A DNA stretch of 64,000 nucleotides, from assembly GCF_006345805.1 (NCBI RefSeq), contig NC_043000.1:31000001-31064000 (forward strand). Direction: 5' to 3'. Below, piece by piece: positions 1 through 12,432 of this stretch. This stretch comes from Octopus sinensis. Lineage: Eukaryota. The translations under genes were made by a program, and so were the position numbers. Below the pieces are notes generated by a model that ran no database searches, had not been told where the DNA came from, and saw nothing but the letters and a program-made list of their open reading frames with translations. How positions within the stretch are numbered: the stretch's first letter is position 1; the number at the start of each line of letters is the position of its first letter.

Positions 1-333
1 CACCTAGTGCACTCTGAAAAGTGTTTGGCATTAAGAAGAGTATACTGGTGTGGAAACCTTGCCAAAGCTGACACTGGAGCTTGCCAGATCCTGTCAAACT
101 ATTCAACTCATGCCAGCATGGAGGGTGGACCCTAAATGATGATAATAATGATTTTCCCTGCTGGCATGAATCAGATGCAATCATTAAGGCAGATTTTCTA
201 CAGCTGGATGCTCTTCCTGTCACCAACCCACACCTGTTTCTAAGCAAGGTAATATTTCCCTATGGTCAGGCATGATTCTCACAGAAAACTGGAAATAAAA
301 AAACATCCCTTGGATGACAGTGAAATGTCCTCT

Positions 334-546
334 CCTCCCCTGGCACCTGTGCCGGTGGCACGTAAAAAGCACCCACTACACTCATGGAGTGGTTGGCATT
401 AGGAAGGGGATCCAGCTGTAGAAACACTGCCAGATCAGACTGGAGCCTGGTGCAGCCCCTAGCTTCCCAGACCCCGGTTGAACCGTCCAACCCATGCTAG
501 CACAGAAAACGGACATTAAACGATGATGATGATGATGATGATGATG
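334..546 (+). mobile_element. Representative short RTE-tail copy. Others at about 1100-1285+, 13453-14250-, 16340-16662+, 19420-19610-, 30042-30900-, 31800-32030+, 32530-32890+, 34640-34950-, 39020-39230+, 43075-44104+, 46060-46310+, 51795-51945+, 52700-53480-, 59635-60090+
   Basis: Shared diagnostic GGAAGGGCATCCAGCTGTAGAAA...CATGCTAGCATGGAAA..GGACGTTAAA(GAT)n. Confidence 0.9.
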
Positions 547-2005
547 CTAAATCAACTAACAACATTTTGGTCAGGCCAGGGCTATAATAGAAGATACTTG
601 CCCAAGGTGCTGTGTAATGAGACTGAACACATGGATGGGAGACAAGGCTGTTTACCACACAGCCATGCTTGCACTTGTAACATATCAAAATTACTATCAC
701 AGTCAATCTACGGTTGTTAGTGAGTGCAATACCTTATTAAATATCAACATTACTATTCAAAAGTGTTTACGTCCAGGAGGACATGTCTCTTACTTTTGAA
801 GAAGTCTTTCTCTTCTTACAAAGGCATTTATGCTCTAGCCATTTTTTTACTTCTATTTCCTCAAAACTTGATGTCCCAAACATCAAGCTTTTTTTTTTCA
901 TTCTTCACGTAGGTGCTTATGTGGCTGTGTGGTTAAGAAGTTTCATTCCTAACTGTGTGGTTTTGGGTTCAGTTCTGTTGCATGGCATCATGGGAAAGTG
1001 CCTTCTTCATAGCCATAAAGTGGTGACTTGCTGTACTTGAGTGGACATGTCAAGCCAAATAAAATTGCTCTCGTCCATACACATGGGCCATGGTGCCTCA
1101 TAAAATGCCCTTGTGCTGGTGGCACATAAAATACATCCAGTACACTCTGTAAAGTGGTTGGCATTATGAAGGGCATCCAGAAATAAAACCGACCCACAAG
1201 GGACAATTGGAGTCTGGACAGCTCCTGTCAAACCATCCAATCCATACCAGCATCTTTAAAACAATGATGATGATGATGCTGATGATATGTATCAGCTTGC
1301 TTGGAAACAACTGAGACTCAGTATCAGGAAGAGCATGACCTACGCAAGCATGGGAATGTAAACATTAAAATGATGACGAGGGTGCCAATTACTAAATTTA
1401 ATGACATCTGTAGTGTGATGGAGGAAAAGGACAACAGAAAAAGAAGCAACGGGAGAAAGAAATACAAAAGGCCTTACCTTGGCGAAATCAGTGGTCACTC
1501 ACGAATTCAACACGTCTTATCGCTCTCCCATCTTTGCTGGAACTCACCACACATGCTTGCTGACCATGCATGCCCCTTTCACTCTTCCACCAGCCTCTGC
1601 AAGCCTTACTTCCGCCCACCTCATCTGTCATCCTCTCCACCAACACCACATAGCTCATCACAGCCCATAACACCACTAACACCATAACATCTATAAACTT
1701 TGATTCTTACATAAGAATATAAACATTTTGTCAAACATTATAACCATTTATCATCATCATTTAATGCCTGTTTTCTATGCTGACATGTTTAACAGAGTTT
1801 GACAGGAGATTAAAAAGCCGAGAGACATACTTGGCTTCATCGCCTGTTTGGCAGGGTTTCTACATACACTTTACAGAGTATGGGGTGCTTTTTATGTGGG
1901 TACCAGCCCCAACAGTATCATCAAATACCTTGCAAATACCTTGTTTAGTTATTCAAGTAATCTTTGTTAATCACAGAACTCATGTTTTCACAATTGTATT
2001 TTCAG

Positions 2006-2259
2006 ATCCGAAGGCACAAACTGTACAATACACTAATTCCAAAAGTAACATCACATTTGTTACTTTCATCAAAAGTGGGAATTTTATCCAAAACACTCTT
2101 TTATGCGGCAACTTTTGTCTTCAAACAGCATGCTGTACTGTCTACAGATTTGATTCTGTTAAATACAAATGTGAACTCTACCAAGAAGATTTTACCAGTA
2201 AAACTGAATTAATTTGTACTGAAAAATACATAACATGTTACAGCAAGATCACCAACTGA
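2006..2259 (+). CDS. Terminal coding exon with a PAN/apple-like Cys domain; upstream exons not identified
   Basis: Acceptor ttgtattttcag ends at 2005. The phase-1 frame DPKAQTVQY...LLCGNFCLQTACCTVYRFDSVKYKCELY...CYSKITN ends at a stop at 2259. The CxxxC-x4-C...FxF...CxL pattern resembles PAN domains. ATTAAA occurs downstream. Confidence 0.6.
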
Positions 2260-3429
2260 GGCAGCTAATGGACTGAATTTGATCGAAAATCTCTTTCATT
2301 GATGTGAATGAAGCAAAGAAAGAGAGAATGTTTTTCAGGAAAAAGAGCCAGGATCAATGCTATTAAAAGAACCAGTTAATGTTATGTGTTGCATGTTTAT
2401 TTACATAGATTAGAGGCTGAATTGTCTTTGGAATTGTAGCTAGAACCAAATACCAAAGTCGATCTACAAACCAACAAATACATTTCTTTTATTAAAACAT
2501 CATAAATAATAATCATTCATTAGGTGATATTTGACACAAGGTCAGGTGATATTCAAATGTCGTCATATGATATTGTTTATGTAAGGTCACATGATATTTT
2601 GATAGTAAATCAGATGACAGTATGATGTAAGGTCATGTGATACTGCAATGCAAAGTGTGATGATAATCAGAATGTACATTATTGTTTTGTTTAATTATAA
2701 GTTTCATATAATTTTTTTGTCCAAATAAATTTAAATGATAATTTTTAAAGTTCATTGTTTTTCATTAAAAAAACTACATTGTTCTCTAGAAATGTGCTTT
2801 TTTTGTAAAGACAGTTCTATTTCGCTGTTGTTTAACCCCTGGTCAACCTTGTTCCAGCAGCTCTACAATCAATGATGTTTCAGCCATGATCACCTACATA
2901 TCAGGAATTATAGGCTGATGTGAAATTTATATCCCCCACCCATTTTTCTTTATGTCTTTTATACAATTTTCCCCCAACATGGTTCAAAACCACTGTAGCA
3001 TAAGGAAAGAAGGAAAATAAGGGGTCAACAAATTCAAAAGATGTCAATAAACAGAAAGCTTAAAGGACTGAATATCATAGGCCAGAGGAAAAGAAGATAA
3101 TGGCAATGAGTTCCAGAGAGGAGCAATATGAAGGAAGAAGCTATTGGAATAAAGGGAGAATTATGACTAACGGGAAGCTCATGGAGAAACAATGTGCCTG
3201 GGAAGAGGGGCAGGGGACACATTTAAGGATCTTAACAGAGGGTGATTTTAGAATTTTGCTGACTATTTTGGTTAGATTCTTTTGATATTTGGAATAAAAT
3301 GTTGAGAATTTTATGGATTTTGTCATTTCTAAAATTGCATTAAATGTTAAGGGTTTAGCAAAAAAGTTCTTAAATATAGTTTAAAAAAAGCTTTCCTAGT
3401 AATCATAAATAATAATAAAAATAGGCATA

Positions 3430-4015
3430 AGAGTGGCTGTGGAGAGGGCTCTGTTGGCTGCTACAGCCTGGCTTCTATCTTTTAAGAAATCATGCAAGCA
3501 CTCTCCAATTTTCCCAATTATGCTGAGTTTCCGAAGTTTGTGACATATCATCCCGTGATCAACCTTATTAAAGGCCTTTGTAAAGTTGAGATAGATCACA
3601 TCTACATTTGAGCAATTCATTAATTGTTTCAACACCCACTCATAGTGTTGCAAAAGTGTTGTAAGCCTTTGTAAGCTGTGTAAGGCAGTTTGTGTCTGAG
3701 TGAATGCCATGCTGGGTGTCAGGAAGCAAGTCATTATCTTCAAGAAACGCAATTAATTTCTTCCTGACATTGCACTCCATAGCTTTGCTGACATGGGAAG
3801 TTAGTGAGTTAGGTCTATAATTCTTAGCATCTGCTCTGCTACCTCCCTTATGGATAGGGCATATAATGCCTGTCTTTAACTTTTTGGGAAGTCTCCTCGT
3901 TGTAAGGAAGCTCTGGAAGAGAATCTGAAGTGGTCTAGCTGGAACCCCTTTGCATTTCTTTAAGAGGATTGCTGGGAATCCACCAGGACCTGTTGCTGAG
4001 TTTGAGCTCATCTCA
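3430..4015 (-). mobile_element. CR1/L2/Jockey-group LINE RT fragment (5' portion, inverted)
   Basis: GPGGFPAILLKKC...KNYRPNSLTSHVSKAME...QHG...IYLNFTKAFNKVDHG...FLKDRSQAV. Confidence 0.85.
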
Positions 4016-4020
4016 TGATG

Positions 4021-4051
<31 letters not shown>

Positions 4052-4084
4052 GTTTCCTGGTGAGGATGTAATAAACTTGATTAG

Positions 4085-4288
4085 TGTGTCCACCAAATCA
4101 GTTGGTGACTAGGTAACTGGCAGGTTTCCTGAAGTTAGCATTGCAAACCATAAGATCATTTGCATCACAGAACTCCAGCAGCCTGGTTCCCTCCTCATTG
4201 CTGGAACCAAAACCATTACTTCCATGTACACCATGGAAGCCCCCTGCATGTTGTCCAACATGATCATTGAAGTCACCAACCACTAATA
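4085..4288 (-). mobile_element. RTE AP-endonuclease fragment
   Basis: VGDFNDHVG...HGSNGFGSSNEEGTRLLEFCDANDLMVCNANFRK. Confidence 0.8.
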
Positions 4289-4289
4289 G

Positions 4290-5320
4290 AAAGTGGAGCG
4301 CCTCGGGGAACTGTATTGGGGCCACTACTTCTGATGGTGGCTCTTTCAGACATGCCATCAGTTACACAGAGAGGCACACTTACTAGCTATGCTGACGATA
4401 CAGTCAAGCAGTCAAGGAACCTTCTGATGCTAATCTTCCACAGAAAGACCTAGATGCCATATATGAATGAGCTGAGGACAACAACATGCAATTTGATGCA
4501 GCAAATTCCAGGTCCTCTGCTACCTGCTAATTGGTGCTCAGAAGTCACAGTAATGATACTCTGGGCCAAAAAGAGTGTCAATCTTAGAATCACATATGGT
4601 GCATGATCTTGGGACTGATATGAGCGACATTGCCTTGTTTCACATATATGTCACCAAGATGGCGGCAGTGTGCAGGCCAATGGCTAGATGGATTCTGAGA
4701 ATCTTCAGAACAAGGGACCAGGAAACTATGCTGGTCGTATGTTGGGCATTTGTCCTCAGCCATCTGGATAAATGCTCTCAACTGCGGCACCTTACACTGT
4801 AGAATTAATAGCAGAACTTGAGGCAGTTCCGTGACACTACATGAGGAAGATTGCATCAATGGAACAGCTGAGCTACTGGGAGAGACTGAAAGAGCTATGA
4901 TTCTACTCCCTGGAGTGAAGTCAGGAGAGGTATGCAGTGATATATGTATGGAAGAAACTGGAGGGGCTGGCACCAACATTTGGAATTGAGAGTTATAACA
5001 GACCTCAAAATGGATGTCACTGCACTGTTCCAAAAGTCCTAGCTGTCACATTTAAGGTGAAGACCATGCACTGCAATAACTTGGGATTCAAAGGCTCACA
5101 ACTATTTAACTTTTTGCCAAAATATCAGGGATCTCCATGGAGTGGGAATAGGTGTTTTCAAGAAACAGCTTGAAGTCTTGCTATCCAAGATCCCAGATGA
5201 ACCAATATCAAGGCAGGAAACTCAAAATAGGGCAGCGGTATTGAATTCTCTCCTTCACCAAAAGCCAATCCCATAGAATTGGCCAATTAAAAGGTGATTA
5301 CACTGGCGGTGCCTTAGCAC
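4290..5320 (+). mobile_element. 3' portion of the same LINE (SGxPxGTVLGP, YADDT, thumb, 3' UTR)
   Basis: KSGAPRGTVLGP...SYADDT...WILRIFRTRDQETM...YVWKKLEGLAP, with multiple stops and frameshifts. Confidence 0.8.
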
Positions 5321-5899
5321 ACACACACACATTAGTGTTTTTAAAAACATGAATAAACACAACAAAGACTTCAATGGTTGTTGAATTAAGATGCTAGTAT
5401 ATTGTTGATCACATGGTCATGAGTTTAATTATAATGACTATTGTGTCAGGCATCAAATAGTAAAAGCAACTGCATAAAGAATATAGAAATAATATTCAAC
5501 AGAATGAAGATGAATAATGAAAATGACAATAAATATTAAAACAATTAGATGAATCATAAAGCTGGAACAGCACTTACATAATGGAAAACTTCAATAGAAC
5601 ATTAAAATTTATCCTGATTCTAGCTAAACAGTTTAGTTACTACAATACCAATAAGGAATGGTGGAAATGATAACACTGATGAAGTCTAATAAGGCACCAC
5701 AAATATTCAGAATATTCTCTGCCTTATTTGTTCAGCACATAAGCTAACCAGTATCATCCAACTAGGATGTCTCTAGTTGTATGAGTGTTGGGTGTATACT
5801 TTTACCACTATGAGTAACATTAGGAAATATGGCATGCAAACAATATACATCACCTCTTATCAAATTTTTTGACGTTTATATCATCATCATCATCATCGT

Positions 5900-6260
5900 T
5901 TAGCATCCGTTGATAAAAATGATAAAACGAATTTTCAAAAGAAATATATTTATAATTTAATAAAACAGATTTTACATTTGCATAACATCTCCTATGGAAT
6001 TTCAACAGCTCCTTTATAGGATCCAGTTAGCTCAAGACATCATCAGGAGGAACCACGTCCGGTTTCGGCCCCTTCTCCTCTACCAAGGTGTCCTCAGCTC
6101 TGGTGTTGGGTGCATGTCTTCTTTCTTCTGTTCCCTGGCCTCTTCGATGTATCGTCAGCGAGTGTCAGCCAGTGACTGACTGACTTGTCAAATTTTCCCT
6201 TTAAATACCTGCCACTAGGCTCCAGCAGACAGCCCCAGCAAGTTGTCATGTGATTCATTC
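5900..6260 (-). mobile_element. Degenerate Penelope pLTR-like segment with hammerhead remnant at about 6045-6100
   Basis: Minus strand gag-CTGAGGA...aaggggcc-GAAA-cc ggacgt gg-ttc-ctc; stem II and III pairing is imperfect. TATTTAAA lies upstream. Confidence 0.35.
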
Positions 6261-8224
6261 TCTCTTCTCTCTATATATACTTCTTTCTTTCTATGTATGT
6301 TTATAATTTTCCTTTACTCACTTTATGCCTCATATGTGCATTGTTCCTGCACTTCTTACGTTAACTTTCCCTGTGTCTCTTTTACTCTCTCTCCCTCTTT
6401 CTACACAATATAGAGCATGAGTAGAGGAATCAACCAACCAACATTTATATTAGACATGATTACAGAGATGCGTCCTCTTTTTAAAGATAAGTTTGCTACA
6501 AGAAATCGGACTTATTTCTAGTAAGCCATGTAACTATATACGAGAGTCCTTTGTAGTGGTTAGGTGTGTATGAAGGAAAACAGATGCAAATGGAATGTGT
6601 TTGTCTTTAAAGTAAACAAATACGTGAACCAATCCATAATTAAAAATAATTTATTCACTGGACTTGATTTGTTATAGGTACACTTAATTCTTCACTGCAT
6701 ACAAAATGTTGACAACTGCTACAAGTTGCTAGAAATACAAACAGAGTACATTTGTGGAAGTCATATATCAGGAATGAATATGTTTGTGTGTTTGCATGTG
6801 TGCATAGATAATTTGAGACAGTAGTTTATCGTGGCACATCGAACATTCTGTGCGGTCATTCAAAACCTGTTGTGTGGTCGACTTTCCTCGATTTCCTCTC
6901 CCACTGGTCTCTGTTGATCAGCATATTTATAATAATTGTGGCAGCTAGAAAGACAGACATACTGCAGCAGGGGTTTTACCTAAATAGGTCAGCTCCTGTC
7001 CATTTGAACTTCGCCTGACATGACTGAGGTCGTAGGTTAAAGGGAGATGATCAATCAATTTTTGACAGGACAAAGAAAACCTTTTTTCGCGCCTGTTGAT
7101 CATCATGGTTTGGATGACCGAGAATTTTTAGATTTGGTTTCGAATCTAGGCTTGGAGAAGGAAATGTTAATTTTTTACACCTGGTTCTTTAGCTCCAAGC
7201 CTGTCATAATAGAGTAGATCTATGATTAAAGACAGTTAAACTTTGACCATCTAACCTTTTTCTTCTAGCAACAGTCTACCTTGGGATATATTATTCAATA
7301 TGCAGCTTTCTAAAATGGTGGCGAGTCAGCAGAGTTGCTTAGAGTGTTGAATAGAATGACTTATGGTGTTAGTGATGCGCACAGAGAGTGAAAACAGTCA
7401 TCCTTTTAATGTTCACCTTTCAATGCTTGCATGGGTCAGGTGGAGTTCAGGTAGGTTTTCTACTGCCAGATGCTCTTCTTGTCAGCAACCCTCCCTCATC
7501 TGCTTCCAATCATGGCCAGACATGTTTTCACAAAATGAGTGACACTGCTTGTATGATAGTGACACTCATTTAGGTGGCGAGCTGGCAGAAACGTTAGCAT
7601 GCTGGGCAAAATGTGTGGCCGTATATCGTCTGCCACTACGTTCTGAGTACAAATTCCGCCAAGGTCAACTTTGCCTTTCAACCTTTCAGGATCGATAAAT
7701 TAAGTACCAGTTACGCACTGGGGTCGATATAATCAACTTAATACCTTTGTCTGTCCTTGTTTGTCCCTTCTGTGTTTAGCCCTTTGTGGGTAATAAAGAA
7801 ACAGATAGTGACATTCATTTACCCAATGTCATGAGGAGACAAATACACACATATACATACACACTGGATTTCTTTCAATTTCTGTCTACTTGATCTGTTC
7901 ACAAGGCTTTGACTGCCCCAGGGCTGTAATATCCACACAGTGGAACTAATATGGAAACCATGTGATTGGGAAGTAATCTTCTCATCCACACCTGATATCA
8001 AATCCCATCACAGTCAATTCTGGGCATTCATTCTTTTGGGATTTGATAAAGAACTACCAATCTAGCATGATGGATTGGCAGAATAAGATTATCAGACTGG
8101 TGCCTTGAGATATTTCTTTTAGGTCTCAGCAATCTGAAATAAATACTGTCAATGTGCTTAAGATAGATGCTTGCCAACCTGCAGGTCTAGTGTGGAATGT
8201 GAGGCAAATAAACTCTTGAAAGAA

Positions 8225-8836
8225 ATTCTAATAGCAAACAAGCGAAATTGTAGTTGTGATCCCTGTGCTGGTGGCACGTAAAAAGCACCATCCTAACGTG
8301 GCCGATGCCAGCGCCGCCTTGACTGGCTTCCGTGTTGGTGGCACGTAAAAAGCACCAACCAATCGTGGCTGTTGCCAGCCTCACCTGACACCTGTGCCGG
8401 TGGCACGTAAAAAGTACCATCCAAACGTGGCTGATGCCAGCGCCGCCTTGACCGGCTTCCGTGTCGGTGGCACGTAAAAACCACCAAATGATCGTGGCCG
8501 TTGCCAGCCTCCCCTGGTACCTGTGCCGGTGGCATGTATAAAGCACCATCCAAACGTGGCCGATGCTGGCTCCGCCTTGACTGGCTTCGGTGCCGGTGGC
8601 ACGTAAAAAGCACCAACCGATCGTGGCTGTTGCCTGCCCCACCTGGCACCTGTGCCAGTGGCACGTAAAAAGCACCCACTACACTCATGGAGTGGTTGGC
8701 GTTAGGAAGGGCATCCAGCTGTAGAAACACTGCCAGATCAGACTGGAGCCTGGTGCAGCCTCCTGGCTTCCCAGACCCCGGTCGAACCATTCAACCCATG
8801 CTTGCATGGAAAACAGACGTTAAACGATGATGATGA
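8225..8836 (+). mobile_element. RTE 3'-tail element with 7 tandem units of about 60-65 nt
   Basis: Seven GTGYYRGTGGCAYGTAWAAARYACC cores, then GAGTGGTTGGCGTTAGGAAGGGCATCC...ACGTTAAAC(GAT)n. Confidence 0.9.
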
Positions 8837-8851
8837 GCCAAGAGAATGATT

Positions 8852-9300
8852 TGTAGTGATGCTGCTGTGTAAGGTTCAGCGCACATGCGCAGAATGGGAT
8901 TACTTCCGGTTGGACACCGGAAGTCTTCCCCATGCGCATGTGTGGGAAACTGACCCCTAAAACACGGTTTGCTCATTCTGCCTTTCTGGCCCTAGCAGCA
9001 CTCGAAAACGGATGTATACTAGCAGTCTCTGAGGACTTCATACCAACCAAGCAGCGAACCCCGATGAATCATTCCGACTAACAAACAAGAATCAGTACTA
9101 CAGATTCGGCCGTCGGTTTCCCTCCAGAGAACACGTACACCAGTTCTACATTACGACGAGAAATAAACAACATTTTTTGCTGTGTTCGTAGATCGCCTGA
9201 CTTGTCTGTTATTTTAACTAAAATTGACTGTGACGGGATCAGATCTGACACCCCTCCAGTGATACCGAATCTAGATCCTGTTAGATTCCTTCAGCTGTAC
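8852..9300 (+). mobile_element. LTR-like, CpG-rich segment
   Basis: Starts TGTAGT and has promoter-like motifs, AATAAA followed by a GT/T-rich tract, and a sharp composition change. No TSD was found. Confidence 0.4.
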
Positions 9301-10459
9301 CCTGGCGAAGGCAAGTGAATATGAGTGTCATTTTAGCTTTTTGTTACCATCCTCATCATTTCACATCCATCCTCCTTACTGGTCTGGGTTGGACAGTCTG
9401 ACAGGAGTTGACAAACCAGGGGGTGATAGCAAGTACTTTTGTTTGTCTTGTATGGCTAGATGCTCTTCATAACACCAACATTTCTACAAAGTGTACTGTT
9501 TCTTTTCATGGCACCAGCACTGGCAGGGGGTCACCAAATATCTTGTAAGACAATGACCCCTCAAATGAGGGGATTGTATTGAAGGAGGTAGCTTTGTACC
9601 AGTTGATGAGGTTGAAAGAATAAGAGAGGGTTGGAGATAGGCGTCTTGTATAGAAAATACAAGGATATTCTAGTTGGAGTAGAAGGGAGAAGGAAACAGA
9701 AAACGATAGAGATGGAGAGAGTGGTGATGGATATGCGTCAGGAGGTACCCTCAAGGCACAGTAGTGAGGTGAATATAAGGGAAAGTGATACAGAAGATTG
9801 AACTGAGTAAGGGGACAGAGGGGAAATTTCATAAGATTGTGAAGGAAGATGTTTAAATGGAATAGAGGTGGCAATGTCAGGTAGTTGGTATCAAAAGGGT
9901 TATAAGAGATTTGGCAACTATTTCTAGCAAGCCAAGCAACCACGTATATGGTCTCATATTTACATAGGTAGGACTTGAACCTGCAATCTTTACTTTCCTT
10001 CTCCTCACTCTCTGTAGCTCTTTGTCTCTCCCTTTCCTTCTGTCTCTCATAATTTCCAATAAACTGCTTCTCATGAAATACAATATATCCTGTTCATGCT
10101 TCACACAAGCAATTAGCAGGCATTGTTGCTATGGTGAAAACTGTTTAATTCATTAATGCCTGTTTTCTGGGAAAGCATAAATTAAAGGAAATTTAATGAT
10201 GGATTGGCAGGATGAGATTTTCAGACTGGTGCCACATATCTGTCTGTGGCTTAGTTAATAACCGTATGATGACTTTTCTCTTTCATGGAGTTACATCAGC
10301 TCTAGTTAATACAATCAACCATCGTCATCATTATCATTTAACATTCTCTTTTCCATGTTTGCATGGGTTGGAGGGAATCTGTTGAGATAGATTTTTCTAC
10401 TGCTGGACACACTTTCTGTTATCAACCCTCACCTGTTTCCAAGCAAAGTAATATTTCCC

Positions 10460-12432
10460 CATGGCTGGAGAAAGGGTCCCCTGTTTCCTTATCCGGTGGT
10501 CAATGTGGAAGCTAGGGATAGATGAGTGGTTGATGAGAGCTATACAAGCTATGTACAGGGATGCTGTCAGTAAAGGGTAAGTCAGCAATGAGTATAACAA
10601 GGAATTTAGTGTACAGGTCGCAGTTGACCAAGGATCAGTTCTCAGCCCCATCTTGCTTACTATAGTCCACCAGGCCACAACGGAGGAATTTAATACTGGC
10701 TACCCCTGGGAGCTCACCTATGCTGATGGCCTTGTTCTTATAGCTGAATCATTACCTGAACTAGAGAGAAATTTCAAGTGTTGAAGCAAGGTCTAGACTC
10801 TAAGGGCCTCCGAGTTGGTTTAGTAAAAATCAATGTCCTAGTAAGTAAGAAAACAAGCAAATCTCAAATCCCTTCAGGAAGATGACCGTACTTGAGGGAA
10901 GGTGATGGTAGAAACTCTATTCAGTGCACCCAGTGCAAGCTTTGGACACATAAGAGGTGCAGTAGGATCACATGATGGTTAACAGAGAAAGCAATTTGTG
11001 CATGGCAGATGTGCAGGTACAATAAACACTAAAAATGTACAGAGAATAAACGTCCTCAAATGTTCAGTGGGATCTTAGAAGTAGTAAATAGCTTCTGTTA
11101 CCTAGGCAACCAAGTTAGCAGTGGAGAAGGAAGTTCTGAAAATGTAGCTGCTAGAATAAGAACAAGCTGGGCAAATTTTAGAGACTATCTACCTTTGTTG
11201 GTAACCAAGGGCCTCTCCTTCAGCAGGAAAGGAAGATTGTATGATGCCTGTATATGTACAGCTATGTTATATGGCAGTAAAACATGGGCTGCGACTACAG
11301 TGGACTTGCGATGGCTTGAAAAAAAATGAAGCCATCATACTCCACTGGATGGGTAATGTCAGTGTGCATGTAACACATTTAACATGTCATCATTTAACAT
11401 CCGCTTTCCATGCTAGCATGGGTTGGACGATTTGACTGAGGTCTGGAAAACCAGACTCCAATCTGATGTGGCAGTTTCTACAGCTGGATGCCCTTCCTAA
11501 CGCCAACCACTCCGAGAGTGTAGTGGGTACTTTTACATGCCACCGGCATGAGGGCCAGTTTGGTGGTACTCTGGCAATGGCCATGCCCAAATGGTGCTTT
11601 TTATGTGCCACCTGTACAGGAGCCAGTCCAGCGACACTGGTGACGAACTCGCTCGAATATTTCACATGCCACCAGCACAAGTAAGATTACGCAGTAACGA
11701 TCACGCTCGAATGGTGTGCTTAACGTGCCATCAGCACGAAGGCCAACTTGTTGCTCTAGCAACAATCTCACTCATATGGTACTCTTAGCGCTCCACTAGC
11801 AACAGATGCCAGTCACCGATTTTGATTTCAGATTTAAGAGAAAAATTTGGTATAAGAGGTATCAGTTGTAGTGTGCCAGAGAGTAGACTGTAATGGTCTT
11901 GTGATGCATATGGATGAGGACAGCTGCATAAAGAAGTGATCATGTCCAATTGTAGAGGGAAGCTATGGAAGTGGTAGACTTAGGAAGACATGTACAAAGT
12001 GGTGAGAAATGATCTACAGATGTTGAGTCTCTAATGGGAGATGACGAAAGATTGAAGCTTCTGGCAGTTTGTTCTGCTTGAGAAGATACATCAAGCTAAG
12101 TAAAACTGGCTATACAGGCAGGTTCTTTGTGTCCCAGTCGGAACCAAGAGTTCCTTGTCTTGAGGGCTCATGGGTGCTGATGTCAGGTAAAAAGCACTCA
12201 TACCAAAGCCACGTAAAGGCACTCGTGCCAGTGTCGTGTAAAAACACTTGTGCTGGTGCCACATAAAACACCCAATACACTTTCAAAGTGTTAGTGTCAG
12301 GAAGGGCATCCAGCTGTAGAAACCATGCCAAAACAGACAACTGCGAACCTGGGCAGCTCTCCAGCCTTGCCAGCTCCTGTCAAACTATCCAACCCATGCC
12401 AGCATGGAAAACAGATGTTAAATGATGATGAA
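10460..12432 (+). mobile_element. Degenerate RTE LINE interrupted by an opposite-strand RTE tail (11385-11830)
   Basis: Same ORF2 motifs (YADG, FCYLGNQV, LYGSKTWA). The ORF resumes after 11830 and ends in the tail. Confidence 0.8.

Noticed and set aside
5295-5320. Shared 3' tail between the CR1/L2-like LINE and the CORE SINE (GGCGGTGCC..AGCA)
   Set aside because: The match is only about 13-15 nt and the LINE end is truncated, which is too little to claim a partnership from this window.
5660-5710. CTGATGA motif suggesting another hammerhead
   Set aside because: No GAAA half and no stem II or III pairing.
8380-8420. Array unit as a twister, pistol or HDV ribozyme
   Set aside because: The resemblance is superficial (GCCGGU, hairpin followed by UAAAA). 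The required pseudoknot partners and catalytic residues are not present.
8225-8700. CRISPR-like appearance of repeat-plus-variable arrays
   Set aside because: The host is a eukaryote, there are no cas genes, and the 'spacers' are homologous alternating A/B units that belong to a LINE 3' UTR.
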